Virus record (IMG/VR): IMGVR_UViG_3300025707_000004
Source of the DNA: a virus
DNA length: 64,000 bases
Strand: one strand, 5' to 3'
The first letter of the stretch is position 1; the number at the start of each line of letters is the position of its first letter. Of the stretch, positions 47,895 through 58,189 are shown one piece after another. Both the position numbers and the translations under genes were made by a program. Below the pieces are notes generated by a model, which was given only the letters and a program-made list of their open reading frames with translations, was not told the origin of the DNA and made no database searches.

Positions 47895-48755
47895 CTAGGC
47901 AGCTCGCCGAAGCGAGCAAACGTGTATTCGGTGCCGGAACCAGTAAATTCTGATTCCGGCATGCTCCCAGTGAAGCTCTGGACCCGACGGGCCCGAGAAG
48001 CTCATTGGGGTGCTACCGATGACCACGCTGTAGAAGTCCTCCCGCATGGACGGCGGGGTGGAGTCCCACATGACCTTCGCTGTGCTTCCCATCAATTCAC
48101 GGATGCGCTCCTCCGCAGCGAACTGCGGGGTGGCGTGCTTGGGCAGGTTGTTCTTGTGGGTGAGTTCCATTTCGCCGTTTCTCCAAGTGAGTTGAAGGGG
48201 GCAGTCCCCCTCCGGGTTGATGATGACTTCGTGGTTGTTGACACGCTTGAAAGGCACATCGCCCTCTTTGAAGAGCCGCATGAGCCGGGCGTATTCACAC
48301 CCGCGGACCTTCTCGTTGTTCAGGGGGCAGTCGCCCGTGAGGCACGGCGACACCAGTTCCCTGAACATGCGCTGCCGCCAGCGTGAGTGCCCGCGGCTAC
48401 TGAGTTCAGGCGCCGTCAGGATGTGCGTCTCGGTGGTGCACTCGGTCGGAGTGCTCCTACGCCCATCCAGCATGGCCCACTGGGTCCCGCTCAGGGCGAG
48501 GAAGGTCACGACGACCTTCCGCCCACTCTCAGGGATGCCAGGGGGCTTCACGACGAAGATGCCGTTGTTGTAGTGGAAGTACTCACTGTCCGGGCTTTCT
48601 CGCTTCTTGAGCCCAGTGGCGACAGCGACGAGGTCGTTCCTGACCAAGACAGCCATGTTGAAGGCGGCCCTCATGGCCTTTCCGTCAGCTTCGCTGTCGT
48701 AGCGCTCACGGAAACGCTCCAGGGCGTGCTCGCTTATGTGGAGGTTCACAGACAT
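47895..48755 (-). CDS. Hypothetical protein with N-terminal RelE-like RNase pattern
   Basis: ISEHALERFRER...IFVVK...VVVTFL. Confidence 0.45.
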   Translation of the reverse strand: MSVNLHISEHALERFRERYDSEADGKAMRAAFNMAVLVRNDLVAVATGLKKRESPDSEYFHYNNGIFVVKPPGIPESGRKVVVTFLALSGTQWAMLDGRRSTPTECTTETHILTAPELSSRGHSRWRQRMFRELVSPCLTGDCPLNNEKVRGCEYARLMRLFKEGDVPFKRVNNHEVIINPEGDCPLQLTWRNGEMELTHKNNLPKHATPQFAAEERIRELMGSTAKVMWDSTPPSMREDFYSVVIGSTPMSFSGPSGPELHWEHAGIRIYWFRHRIHVCSLRRAA

Positions 48756-49511
48756 TTTTTATCTTCTTTCGCTTCGGGTAATTTTACGCGGGCGTTGTAC
48801 CCGCGCAAGGGGGAACGCGGGACGGCTAGTCCCCGTCCGTGTCTTGTTGATGGAGCTGCCAAAGACCGAGGACGAGACCACCAAGGAAGGACAGAAGCGT
48901 CCCAGGCCAGAGCAGCCCCGTCCAGCAAAGAGCGTAGAAGGGGATGTAGTCCTTCGCGGCCAACTGCAGCCCTACCGCGGTCCAGACACCTATGCAGGCG
49001 TAGACCCAAGCCGACGTCACCGTTGCGACCAGGATACTGATCGCAAGGGAGAACGCCCAAGGCAGGAGATTTCGGAGAAGCCTCATGTGATGTCTCGGCG
49101 GCCGGGCACCGCGCACTCATAAACCAGCTGGGAGCCGGCGTAGAAGCGTTGGTGCACCCAGCCGGGGAACTCCGGGTTGGTGGGAGTACCCTTCGCTTCA
49201 TCACTCGCGCGGGAGAAGAAGATGTGCGCACGCGTGATGCTTCGCAGGACAGTGTCGGCATCCCCGATGTCTGTCCGCCAAGCCGCCGCGTAACCCCGTC
49301 CCAGGTTCTGTGAGACAAGGACTCGCGCCTCATCATCCCGGAAGACCTCATCCGCTGCTCGGTCGAGCAGGGTCTCTTTGCTCCACCCCGGCAGGTGCGG
49401 CGCTTCAATCAAGAATTCCATGTGGCATCCCTTTCCTAAAAAATGACCGTATCGCGACATGCGAACGGCAAAGTACCTGCACGCGTAGCGTGACAAGGGT
49501 TCTTCATAGTT

Positions 49512-49540
49512 CTTATGCCAAATACGCCCCACGTTCTTGC
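49512..49540 (-). promoter_or_regulatory. Repeated phage promoter
   Basis: GCAA-N17-GGCATAAGAACTATG. Confidence 0.8.
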
Positions 49541-49577
49541 GACGTAGTAGAATGGTAGGCAGGCAAGGAGGTTCGAT

Positions 49578-49748
49578 ATGCATGACGCAGAAGACCGCCC
49601 AAGGCTCTACCTGGACCTGGAAGCCCCGCAGTACCGCGAGGCAAGTGAAGAGAAGAAGCCCGAGGCCCCTCGGGTAATCATCATCGACCTGTATGGGGAC
49701 GAAGACGAGGACGACGGGCGGGGCTCAGTCACCGTAATCACGTTGTAG
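49578..49748 (+). CDS. 56-aa acidic small protein
   Basis: MHDAEDRPRLYLDLE...RVIIIDL...; AAGGAGG RBS; missed by the ORF track. Confidence 0.6.
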   Translation: MHDAEDRPRLYLDLEAPQYREASEEKKPEAPRVIIIDLYGDEDEDDGRGSVTVITL

Positions 49749-50263
49749 GTAATGAAGCGCGCCCCGAAGGGCGCACGACCCCTCCCCGTAGGGAGGCGAA
49801 GACTAGATTCCGAGCAGCGCCTGCCGGAGGTCCGACCGTGCCCGGCTCGCGCTCCGGCGAGCCGTTACCAGTCGCTGCTGCGCGTCCTCCAGCGACGTCA
49901 GGTAGACGTCCTGGAAGGCACTCGACCGGGCGCCGTAGTACAGCCGCTCCGCCCGGTCTCGTGCGCGCTCCGCCGAGCGCACGTCCTCCTCCGCGTACTC
50001 CACCCGCCTCCTGGCATTGCGTGCCTCGAACGTGCTCGGCGTCCCGAGCACGACGGTCCGCACGACCACCGCCCTCGGCGGCGGCAGGAACGGGTTCGGC
50101 CGGGGCGGCTCCGGCAGCTTCTCGATTTCGTCCGCGAGCGCCACCGCCGTGCCGATTACCGCGGCCCCCGCGACCACGCCACCAAAGACCTTCAACCAAG
50201 ACATCTCAGACTCCTCTCCCTCATTGAGGGGTGAGACAGGAGTTAAGTCTCCTGTACGTAGTC

Positions 50264-50292
50264 CTTATCCCAAAAAGGCCCATTGGTTTTGC
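50264..50292 (-). promoter_or_regulatory. Repeated phage promoter (drives 49803-50204)
   Basis: GCAA-N17-GGGATAAG. Confidence 0.8.
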
Positions 50293-51079
50293 AGTAGGTA
50301 ACAACGAGCCCAGGAGGGGCTGTTGCGCTGACCGCCCCGAAGGGCGGCCGGCTCGAAGACTACACAGGCGTCGGGACGAAGGTGCAGCGGCGGGTGTTGC
50401 CTTCCTTCGTCTCGCTGACCACGTAGGTGAACCCGCCGTCCTCGGCGGACCGGTGCCGCCCGCTGAGGCGGCTCAGCTCGACGGGGACCAGCTCGACCTC
50501 CTCGTCGTCGTCGAAGGTCGCGCACAGCCCCTCGACGTAGGCCCGCTGGTCCGCGGTCCAGCCCAGGGTTTCCCAGGCCGTGGGCTGCTGGGAGTCCCAG
50601 ACCTCGACCGCGGCGAATGCCACGACCGCGCCCGCGTCCAGCTCCAGGATGAGGAGCATGTAGAGGAGCTGCTCCTCCCGCGTGTCGTGCGCGAGCAGCT
50701 CAGCGATGCCGGTCTCACACCGGAGGGCGCGGAGCCCCGTGAGCAGTCCCCGGGGGGACTCCGCCACGCACACCGACATCGCCGCCGTGGCGGCGACCAT
50801 GAACTCCTCCCCGAACGGGAGGAGGGTCTCGCCCATCTCTCGGAAGAGACGGTCGAGGTTGGAGGTTTCGGCCGGCACCGCCTTGGGCGGGGCCTCCAGG
50901 TTGATGAGACGACGGGGCATGAGACGCATAGCGTCTCCCTTCTCTCCCTGACGGGAGCTTAGCTGGACCGTTTGTCCAGCTCGTTGAGGGCTGCGTACAG
51001 CCCGAAAGGGGTGAAGATGAGGGCAAGACCCAGATGAAGCAGGAGATTGGGCTCCATATAGACTCCTTTGTTCATAGTT

Positions 51080-51130
51080 CTTATCCCTCAAAACCCCCTT
51101 CGTTTTGCACCCCGCTATTAGCGGCTAATA
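51080..51130 (-). promoter_or_regulatory. Repeated promoter plus palindrome
   Basis: Promoter 51080-51108; tattagcggctaata 51116-51130. Confidence 0.8.
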
Positions 51131-51204
51131 ACCGCGTTAGCGGTTGTGGTGGTGGTGGGGTGCGGGCACGAGACCCACACCCCCCCCCCCCCACGGGGTT
51201 AGCT

Positions 51205-52470
51205 CTACTGGTTCCGGAGCGGGTTGTACTTGCGCCGGTAGGTCACACCTTTGCCCGCGACGTTCTCGTTTCTCACGACACCGCCGCGGTCAGCGCAGGC
51301 GTCGAGGTACCGAGTGATGTCGCTGATGAGCCGCCGCCCCGTGAACCGCCGGTCGTGGGTGTCCGCCCCCTTGGCCAGCTCATTCGCCAATTTCGCGGAA
51401 GGCCAAGCGGCGTCACTGCCGTTCAGCACGGCCAGGAGCAGCGGTCCCAGCTCAGCCTCGGTGAGACGGAGCGGGGTCGACTTACGCTTCTTGGGCTCCG
51501 GCTCAACCGGCTCGGGTGCGGCAGCCTTGGGAGGCTTACTCATGCCCGCGAGGACCTTTCCGAGCTGCTCGGGGTCGAGCCCCAAGCAGTCCGCAATCCC
51601 CTCGATGGAGGCCCCATCTCGCCACATCTCTGCGGCGGTGACGAGGTCCTCCATGGACACTGGCGCGGGCGCCGAAACAGCAGGTGCCGCGGGCTTCGGA
51701 ACCTCCTTGGGGACAACAGGCGCCGCACCCGCATCGAACGGGTGCCGCGCCCTGAACTCTCGCCCAGCGCGTGTCACCGTGCCCCTCCTCACGCCAGGAG
51801 CCTTCGACGACGGAACCGCCACCAAGTACTTCAGGGTGAGGTCCCTGCTCATCTCATTGCGGCTGAGGAAGTTGTCCCCCGCGTTCACGCACTGCTGGCA
51901 GAACCTCCCCCGGAACGCTCGCCGGATAGAGGTCGTGCTGGCGTTCTCCGTACGGCATCGCTCGCAGAGCTTGGGCGTCTGGTCAACGACCGGAGGGGCC
52001 TTCTTCTGCTGCGGCTTCGGTGCGGCCTTCTTCGGCGCTAGCAGCTGTGTGACACACGCCTCCGAGCAGACGAGTACTCGGCCGACCTCCGGCAGTACGA
52101 CGTAGGCCGCACCACCTTCCGTGCCCCGCGCACACGGGCCGAGACACACACGGCAAGGCGTCTCGTGGTAGGTCGGGTCCACCGCACGGCCCAGAACCGC
52201 GGCGGGTTGTGTGGTGCCGAAGGCAATCAGCACCTCCTCCGCGGTGGTCTGGTAGGTGGTGAAGAGAAGCTCCACCATTTCCACGCGCTCCTGCGCCGCG
52301 GTCATCTTCGCCTTCGCGGCTGACAGGGTTTCTTCCGCCTCTTCCGTGAGGCGGGTGTATCGCTCGATAAGCACTAACGCCTCTGCCTCCGACTTGCGGA
52401 GGTTCTCCAGCTGGAGCTGGAGCTGCGGCAGCTGCCGTGCAGCAGTTACAAGCAACATGTTGCTAGACAT
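51205..52470 (-). CDS. Coiled-coil + double Zn-finger + HTH-like protein
   Basis: CRVC..CSEAC, CERC..CQQC, GASIEGIADCLGLDPEQL; promoter 52594-52622. Confidence 0.6.
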   Translation of the reverse strand: MSSNMLLVTAARQLPQLQLQLENLRKSEAEALVLIERYTRLTEEAEETLSAAKAKMTAAQERVEMVELLFTTYQTTAEEVLIAFGTTQPAAVLGRAVDPTYHETPCRVCLGPCARGTEGGAAYVVLPEVGRVLVCSEACVTQLLAPKKAAPKPQQKKAPPVVDQTPKLCERCRTENASTTSIRRAFRGRFCQQCVNAGDNFLSRNEMSRDLTLKYLVAVPSSKAPGVRRGTVTRAGREFRARHPFDAGAAPVVPKEVPKPAAPAVSAPAPVSMEDLVTAAEMWRDGASIEGIADCLGLDPEQLGKVLAGMSKPPKAAAPEPVEPEPKKRKSTPLRLTEAELGPLLLAVLNGSDAAWPSAKLANELAKGADTHDRRFTGRRLISDITRYLDACADRGGVVRNENVAGKGVTYRRKYNPLRNQ

Positions 52471-52637
52471 TTTCAATCGTCCTCTTTGTGCGTGGTGGGT
52501 CTCCGGGCTAATACGCAGACAACGTGGACCGGAGGATGTCTCCCAACAGCGATGCGCAGAATGCACAAAGTGTTAGGGAGGTTCTTCATAGTCCTTATGC
52601 CAAGAAACGCCCGTCTTCTTGCGGTAGTATCGGCGCT

Positions 52638-52991
52638 ATGACAGGTGACACATTTACAGAATATCAGCTGGCTGCAGGGGCTTTCGCGTATTACCCCGGC
52701 CGCCTACAGAACGACCCGACCTACCCCGTCTTGGGCCTCAACGGGGAAGCAGGGGAAGTCGCAGAGAAGCTCAAGAAGCTCATGCGTGACACGGGGTGGA
52801 AGGGGGATGGGGCCATTCCCGATGACTTCCGGGAGGACATGGCTAAGGAACTGGGGGATGTGCTGTGGTACCTCTCCGCCTGTTGTGATGAACTCGGCGT
52901 CACACTCGCCGAGGTGGCAGCTCTGAATGTCGCAAAGCTCCAATCGCGGCAGGAGCGCAAGGTCCTTGGGGGTTCGGGGGATAACAGGTAA
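52638..52991 (+). CDS. MazG-like nucleotide pyrophosphohydrolase
   Basis: LGLNGEAGEVAEKLKK...KELGDVLWY...NVAKLQSR...GSGDNR. Confidence 0.92.
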   Translation: MTGDTFTEYQLAAGAFAYYPGRLQNDPTYPVLGLNGEAGEVAEKLKKLMRDTGWKGDGAIPDDFREDMAKELGDVLWYLSACCDELGVTLAEVAALNVAKLQSRQERKVLGGSGDNR

Positions 52992-53142
52992 CCGCGCCCG
53001 CGCAGGGAGATGCAGACCCGCGTGGTATTTTAGGGGGTAGCCACCCGCGGTAGAGGCCGTATGTCAAGCTCAAGCAGCGTTCAGTTAAGCGCGTCGTTAC
53101 TGCGCTCAGGTGCGGGCGTGAAGGGCGTTAGGCAGCCAGGGG

Positions 53143-53790
53143 GTGGGTGTGCTTAAGCGCGGAACCCCTGAAGCCCTAGCCCAAGCAATCGAGCAGCTCG
53201 TCAATGCGGAGCCCGAGCACGACTGGCTCTGGCGTATCCACGACATCCTTCACCCCGACATTCTGCCAACCGAGGACCCGACTAGATTGGCCGTCCCTAG
53301 TTCCGTCTCGGTCCTGCTCGTTGACGACTCGCCGACAGCCGGCGCCTCGCTCAAGCTGGTGCTGGACAAGACGGCGGGCATCGAGTGGGAGGTTGAGCAC
53401 GCCCAGACCATCGAGCTAGCGAAAGCCTGCCTGGGCAGGGCCGCGTTCGAGGTGCTGATGGTTGATTGGAACATGGGCCAGGGGCGCGACGGGTGGGAAC
53501 TCGTCCGTTCCGTGCGCGGGGGTCACACGATGGCCGACCCCGACCAAGCGGTTGTGCTCTGGACGGGGCACGGCCTGGAGGCTTTGCAGGGTCGACCCGC
53601 CAGCGACGTGGCAATGATCAACGGGGCGATACCCAAGACGAACGACCCCAATGTCCTGGTGATGATGATCGTTCCCGCTCTCGCTCATGCTGCGGCGATG
53701 CGTTCCCGGACCGCGCTGCTGAAGGGCATCGAGACGATGGTCGAGGGGCGAATGCGCGAGGTTCTGGCGTGGTCAGCGGTTGCGTCATAG
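53143..53790 (+). CDS. Stand-alone response-regulator receiver domain protein
   Basis: LLVDDS, LMVDWNM..RDGWELV, VVLWTG, AIPK. Confidence 0.8.
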   Translation: MGVLKRGTPEALAQAIEQLVNAEPEHDWLWRIHDILHPDILPTEDPTRLAVPSSVSVLLVDDSPTAGASLKLVLDKTAGIEWEVEHAQTIELAKACLGRAAFEVLMVDWNMGQGRDGWELVRSVRGGHTMADPDQAVVLWTGHGLEALQGRPASDVAMINGAIPKTNDPNVLVMMIVPALAHAAAMRSRTALLKGIETMVEGRMREVLAWSAVAS

Positions 53791-53867
53791 TGCTGAACGA
53801 TGGGGGGTCAGATAGCTGAAGAGTCTCTGCCCTAGTCTGGGACCTGATTCAAAGGGCACGGGAAGAA

Positions 53868-54317
53868 GTGATTAACTCGAACGAAACGCCACTTGTTATC
53901 GCGATCAAGGCGGCGAACGACCTTACGAAGCAGGCGGTTGCGGACAACGTGGCTCTCAGTAAGGAGGTCGCCAAGTTAACCACCAGCCTCCACGTCCTGC
54001 GTGCGGAGTTTTCCGGGGGCACCAAGGACCTCGGGCGCATCGAGACGCGCATCGGAGACCTGGAGGTCACCGTCAAGACCGCCGAGAAGGACCAGCGTGC
54101 GTTGATTGAGACCGCGGTCACCGAGGTCAAGAAGACGGTCGAAGAGGCGATAAAGAAGCTTGACGAGGCCGCGAAGACCAACGTCGGTCAGGACGAGCGC
54201 CACAAGGCCCTCGTGCTCCAGGTGGACGAGTCCAAGGACAACATGAAATGGGCCGTGCGTGGCGTGCTCGCCTCGGTTGTCGCGGCGCTGGCTGCCATCG
54301 TCAAAGCGTCGCTTTAG
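53868..54317 (+). CDS. Coiled-coil protein with C-terminal transmembrane helix
   Basis: Heptad pattern followed by KWAVRGVLASVVAALAAIV. Confidence 0.6.
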   Translation: MINSNETPLVIAIKAANDLTKQAVADNVALSKEVAKLTTSLHVLRAEFSGGTKDLGRIETRIGDLEVTVKTAEKDQRALIETAVTEVKKTVEEAIKKLDEAAKTNVGQDERHKALVLQVDESKDNMKWAVRGVLASVVAALAAIVKASL

Positions 54318-55603
54318 CCCGTAAAAAGGGCTACCACCAACCCCCCACTTTCAACAGGGTGATAGCCATACGCTCCTGCCACCCTCGCCCACCGGCTGTG
54401 TAGAGCCCGTGTAGCCCTTTACCCAGGATAGGGCGCCCCAATGCTCCGCCCCCCAGTACACCGTAGTTATAGTCCCCTTGCCGTGTGCGGACGGCCACGC
54501 CTACGCACCTCCTCCCGCCGTAATCACGGTGAATGATGGCACTCGCAGGTAAAAAGCGGAGGAGGTGTTCTACGACTTTCTTCCGGTCTTGCTCAAGCTT
54601 AGTCACCTATCCCCCCCGAGGAAGAGAGTAGCGCGTAGCTATCCCGGTGAACGCGGAGTTCTGGACGAATGTTGAACCCACCTGCGGCGAGGGCGTCACA
54701 GGCAACGAGGGTCAGGAGGTCCTTCTCGCAGAGCCACTTGCGGGCGTCTGCTAGGGGCACTTCCTCGTCACGGAAGGGACGCCTAAAAAGGAAGCGAAGG
54801 CTGACCACGAGGCCCTCCCTGCGGAGGACTCTCGCAGCGCAGCAGTCGACACCGTTCGGAGCCACCAGGATGAAAGGCTTACCTATGGAAGGTGGTTGCA
54901 TGGTGGCCTATGCTACCGTCAGTCGTGGGTCCCGTGGCACTTGGTTCCGTGTGTCTCACAGGCGACGCTCACCTCACAAACACAGGTCCGGGGCCGGGCC
55001 AGCTCACAGCAAATCTTCGAGGAATGACGGCCCTGCCACGCCTTCCAGTCGAAGCCGGTCAGGTCCAACGCGAGCCGGTTGCCCTCGGTAGTAATGGAGA
55101 CCCGTGTGAGCCAGCCACCCATCCTGCCGGGGTGTAACTGGATGTAGCCGCCCTCGACAACCGCGTCGAGTTCTTCATAGGTCAGTTCAGCGCTGTTCCG
55201 CTTGGCGAAGTCTTCCAGCGAGTAGGGGGTGTACATGGGGGTGATGACCGGAGGAAGGCTCCGGTCGGAGGGGAAGCTCATGTCGCCTCGGACAAGTTTC
55301 AGGAGCTGGCCAAGGCGCTCGTCAGAGAGGTTCATCAGAGTGCCGTGGTTTCGCCGGGTACTTCCGCGGCGCTTTCCACCTCGGGTGGCCCAGGCACCTC
55401 CTCAGGTGCAGTGAGCGAGAGGAACACGGGGTGGGGAACAAGCTCCCCCAAGTTGGCGGTGTCGGGGTGGTTATAGGTGAGGGACTCTTGAGCAGTAATG
55501 GCGGCGGCGCGAGAGGGGTAGAACACCTTGCCGATGGCGGCGTTGGGGTCGGTGGAGCCACGAGGGAGGAGGACGTAGACGGGGGTAGCCAAGGGACAAC
55601 CTC

Positions 55604-55618
55604 TATTAGCGACTAATA
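55604..55618. repeat. TATTAG-N3-CTAATA palindrome
   Basis: tattagcgactaata. Confidence 0.85.
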
Positions 55619-56251
55619 TTATTGGGGCACCGCAGTTTTGCGGGGGTCGGTTAGAGCGTGTCGCTCAGGACGCTGAGTGCGGCCCCGACCTCAGCGTGCG
55701 GGACGATGGTCCAAAAGCCGGTCTCGGCTGCCCGCGGAGACAGAAGCTCGGTGGTGAAGACACAGTAGCAACCGTTGCCCCACTCCTTGATGTAGGTGTG
55801 GGAGGCACGCATGCCGATGCAGGTCGTGATGATCGTACGCGGGTCGTCGTCGGGCAGGTTGAAGCGCTCGCCGATGTCACGCGTAGCCAGCTTATCCTCA
55901 CGTGCCCAGTTCTGCCCCCGACCTGCGAAGGCGTTCTGGCCCCACGGGTAGTTGGGCCACCGGACGTAGCCGCCCTTCTGGATGACGCGTTTGCTGGGCG
56001 GGTGGAGACGCACGGGCTCGCGTGGTGCGGGCGCTGCGTCTTTGGCGGCGCGGAGAAGCTGCTCGGTGGGCTCATCGCCTCGGAGCAACCGGAGTTGCGC
56101 GAATGAGGTCGAGACGCAAAGGTTGTGGTTCTTTATCATTGCCATGCGCTCTGTACCGAGGCTTTGTACGGTGCAGGGGCAAAGGGAGTGCGGGCGCTGA
56201 CACCACCCGTGTACGGGTGTGTGGGCGGGGTTCACTATTGTGGGCATGGTA

Positions 56252-56827
56252 TTACGCCAATCCGACTACGACGCGGATATCAGACAGGGAGTAGTCCTGT
56301 AGGTTTTCGTATGGGGTTGCGTGGAGTTTCCGTGGCGAAATCTCCGTTCCCCACCGGAACGCGTCTCGCATATCTCTCCTGCTTGGTGGCCGCAGCCCGT
56401 GGAGGGGGTAGATGGCCAACCCTGCAACCGTCGCGGCGGCCAAGGGGTCGACAGGCCAGCAGCCCAGCATAAACAAGCCAGCCAGTACCTCGCCGTGGTT
56501 TTCAGGCGGGTACCCAGTCAGGGCGTGAGTCATGTCGTGGACCACGGTGAACCACCGCCGCGCGGCGGGGGTCCGTGGAAGGCACTCGGGGGTGAAGGGG
56601 GTACTGGGCAATTCCCAGCGCTCCCGGAGTTCTGGTGGAAAGTCGACCTGTTGGCGAAGAAGGAAGGGGCCGAGGGCCTTGCGCGCGTAGGGTCTGCGTA
56701 GCAGCCGCTCGGAGTGCTCGGCCAAGGGGCGCAGTGCGCGGACGGCGGCGTCCGTGTCAGTTGGGCGACGAAGAACCCGAGCCAGTGCGGATAGCGTGTT
56801 CACGGCCCGTCCCTTCGCCCTGACCAC
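56252..56827 (-). CDS. Coq4-like metal-binding protein
   Basis: HDMTHALTGY.....GE matches the HDxxHxxTGY...GE signature. Confidence 0.7.
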   Translation of the reverse strand: MVRAKGRAVNTLSALARVLRRPTDTDAAVRALRPLAEHSERLLRRPYARKALGPFLLRQQVDFPPELRERWELPSTPFTPECLPRTPAARRWFTVVHDMTHALTGYPPENHGEVLAGLFMLGCWPVDPLAAATVAGLAIYPLHGLRPPSRRDMRDAFRWGTEISPRKLHATPYENLQDYSLSDIRVVVGLA

Positions 56828-57125
56828 TCCACATTTCTCGGTGGTCCCACTCCAGTGTAAGGGAATGGGCGAACATGTTGCGCCCGTGTTGCATGACTCC
56901 TTCCCACGGGTACGCCTGGAGCGTCAGGAGCCAGAGCCGCTGGAAGTGTCGCTCTCCGAAGAGGCCGACGAGTCGTTGAAAAATGCGGAGGTCCGAACAG
57001 GTTTGCATGCGCTGGCCTCAGGTGGGGGTGGTTGTTGTAGGCTTCGTCCTGCTTATACCCAGCAATCTGGCTTATTAGCACCCGAGCAGCTGGTGTATAG
57101 TCAAGTGGACTTTCCGTGAGGTGTC

Positions 57126-57578
57126 ATGCTCAGCGTACGTAGGCGGGCTCAGGTGCTGGAGAAGGTGGCCTTCATGTGGAAGGACACTCAGCCAAAGCGC
57201 ATACATGCGAAGCAGCAGGTTGGGCAGGCTGCGGCTGACGGGGTCATCGCAGGCGGCGAGACCATGGTTGCCTCGCCCAAAGACGCGCAGCGGATGGGGC
57301 GGAAGGCACGGGTGCTCTCCCGCGCCCGCAGCGCTCCACCTCAGCGCCCCAACATCCCGCATGAAACGCAGCAGCGCCGGATGGCCGCGTCTGATGCAAG
57401 GATTGCTGCTCGGCCCGCCCCGCTCAACTTCGCCAAGTCCAGCTACAAGCAGCGGATTGCCGCCAAGAAGACGATGGGCGGGAAGGCGTGGAAGAAGGGC
57501 ATGAACACGTGGTGGGGCGCCCGACGTGACCGGATGGCTAAGAGCAGGTCAGCGGCCCAAGGAGGCCAGCAGGCTTAG
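57126..57578 (+). CDS. Highly basic protein (possible virion or DNA-binding protein)
   Basis: GAGGTG RBS; Arg/Lys/Ala-rich. Confidence 0.6.
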   Translation: MLSVRRRAQVLEKVAFMWKDTQPKRIHAKQQVGQAAADGVIAGGETMVASPKDAQRMGRKARVLSRARSAPPQRPNIPHETQQRRMAASDARIAARPAPLNFAKSSYKQRIAAKKTMGGKAWKKGMNTWWGARRDRMAKSRSAAQGGQQA

Positions 57579-58189
57579 CGGGGCTTCTTCGTGAGGGTAG
57601 GCGGAACAGGGATGCCCGGGAAGGTATCTCTCACGGCCGCAAGGCTGTGTCGCCGGGAAACGTCCTCCAGGGAGCGTGTGACGAACGTCTTCTCCGCCTT
57701 GGTCATAAAGACGGGGGAGCGCTTCAAAATCACCCGTAGGGGAGAGAGCAGGGTCTTCACGAGCGTCTGCAGGTTGGCGTACTCAGCCCGCTGAGTGCCT
57801 CGCGCAGATGAGAGCGTCTCCGCCCGGGTGTTGGCCTCTCGCAGCCTCCCCCGCAGTTCCTCGATTTCCAGCACCAACGAGCCGTTCTGTTCGAGCGCTT
57901 TGTTGTAGGCGCCCTGGATGGAGGCAAGGTCCGCTACCTGCTTCTGGTACTTGAGGGCGACGGTGTTCCAGGATTTAGCGGACGCGGCACCCTTCCGGAG
58001 GGCGTTCTCGTGCTGCTGGTCTTCCCCGAAGAAGTGAACAACGCCAACCAGGGCGACCACCCAGCTCGCCACCAGGAGCACGCTCTCTAGGCCGAGGGGC
58101 TTCCATACGAAGGGGCCGTAGACGCCCCAAGTGAGCCATAGGGCGGTTATGAGAACCGTGACCAGTGTGGCGTTTCTCTTTGCAGTCAT
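57575..58189 (-). CDS. Two-TM + coiled-coil membrane protein
   Basis: Two hydrophobic helices then heptads; AAGGAGG RBS before MTAKRN. Confidence 0.6.
   Translation of the reverse strand: MTAKRNATLVTVLITALWLTWGVYGPFVWKPLGLESVLLVASWVVALVGVVHFFGEDQQHENALRKGAASAKSWNTVALKYQKQVADLASIQGAYNKALEQNGSLVLEIEELRGRLREANTRAETLSSARGTQRAEYANLQTLVKTLLSPLRVILKRSPVFMTKAEKTFVTRSLEDVSRRHSLAAVRDTFPGIPVPPTLTKKPR

Noticed and set aside
51140-51200. Poly-C tract as a contingency locus
   Set aside because: It is intergenic and pairs with the upstream G/T-rich arm, consistent with a terminator hairpin; the run length may also be an assembly artefact.
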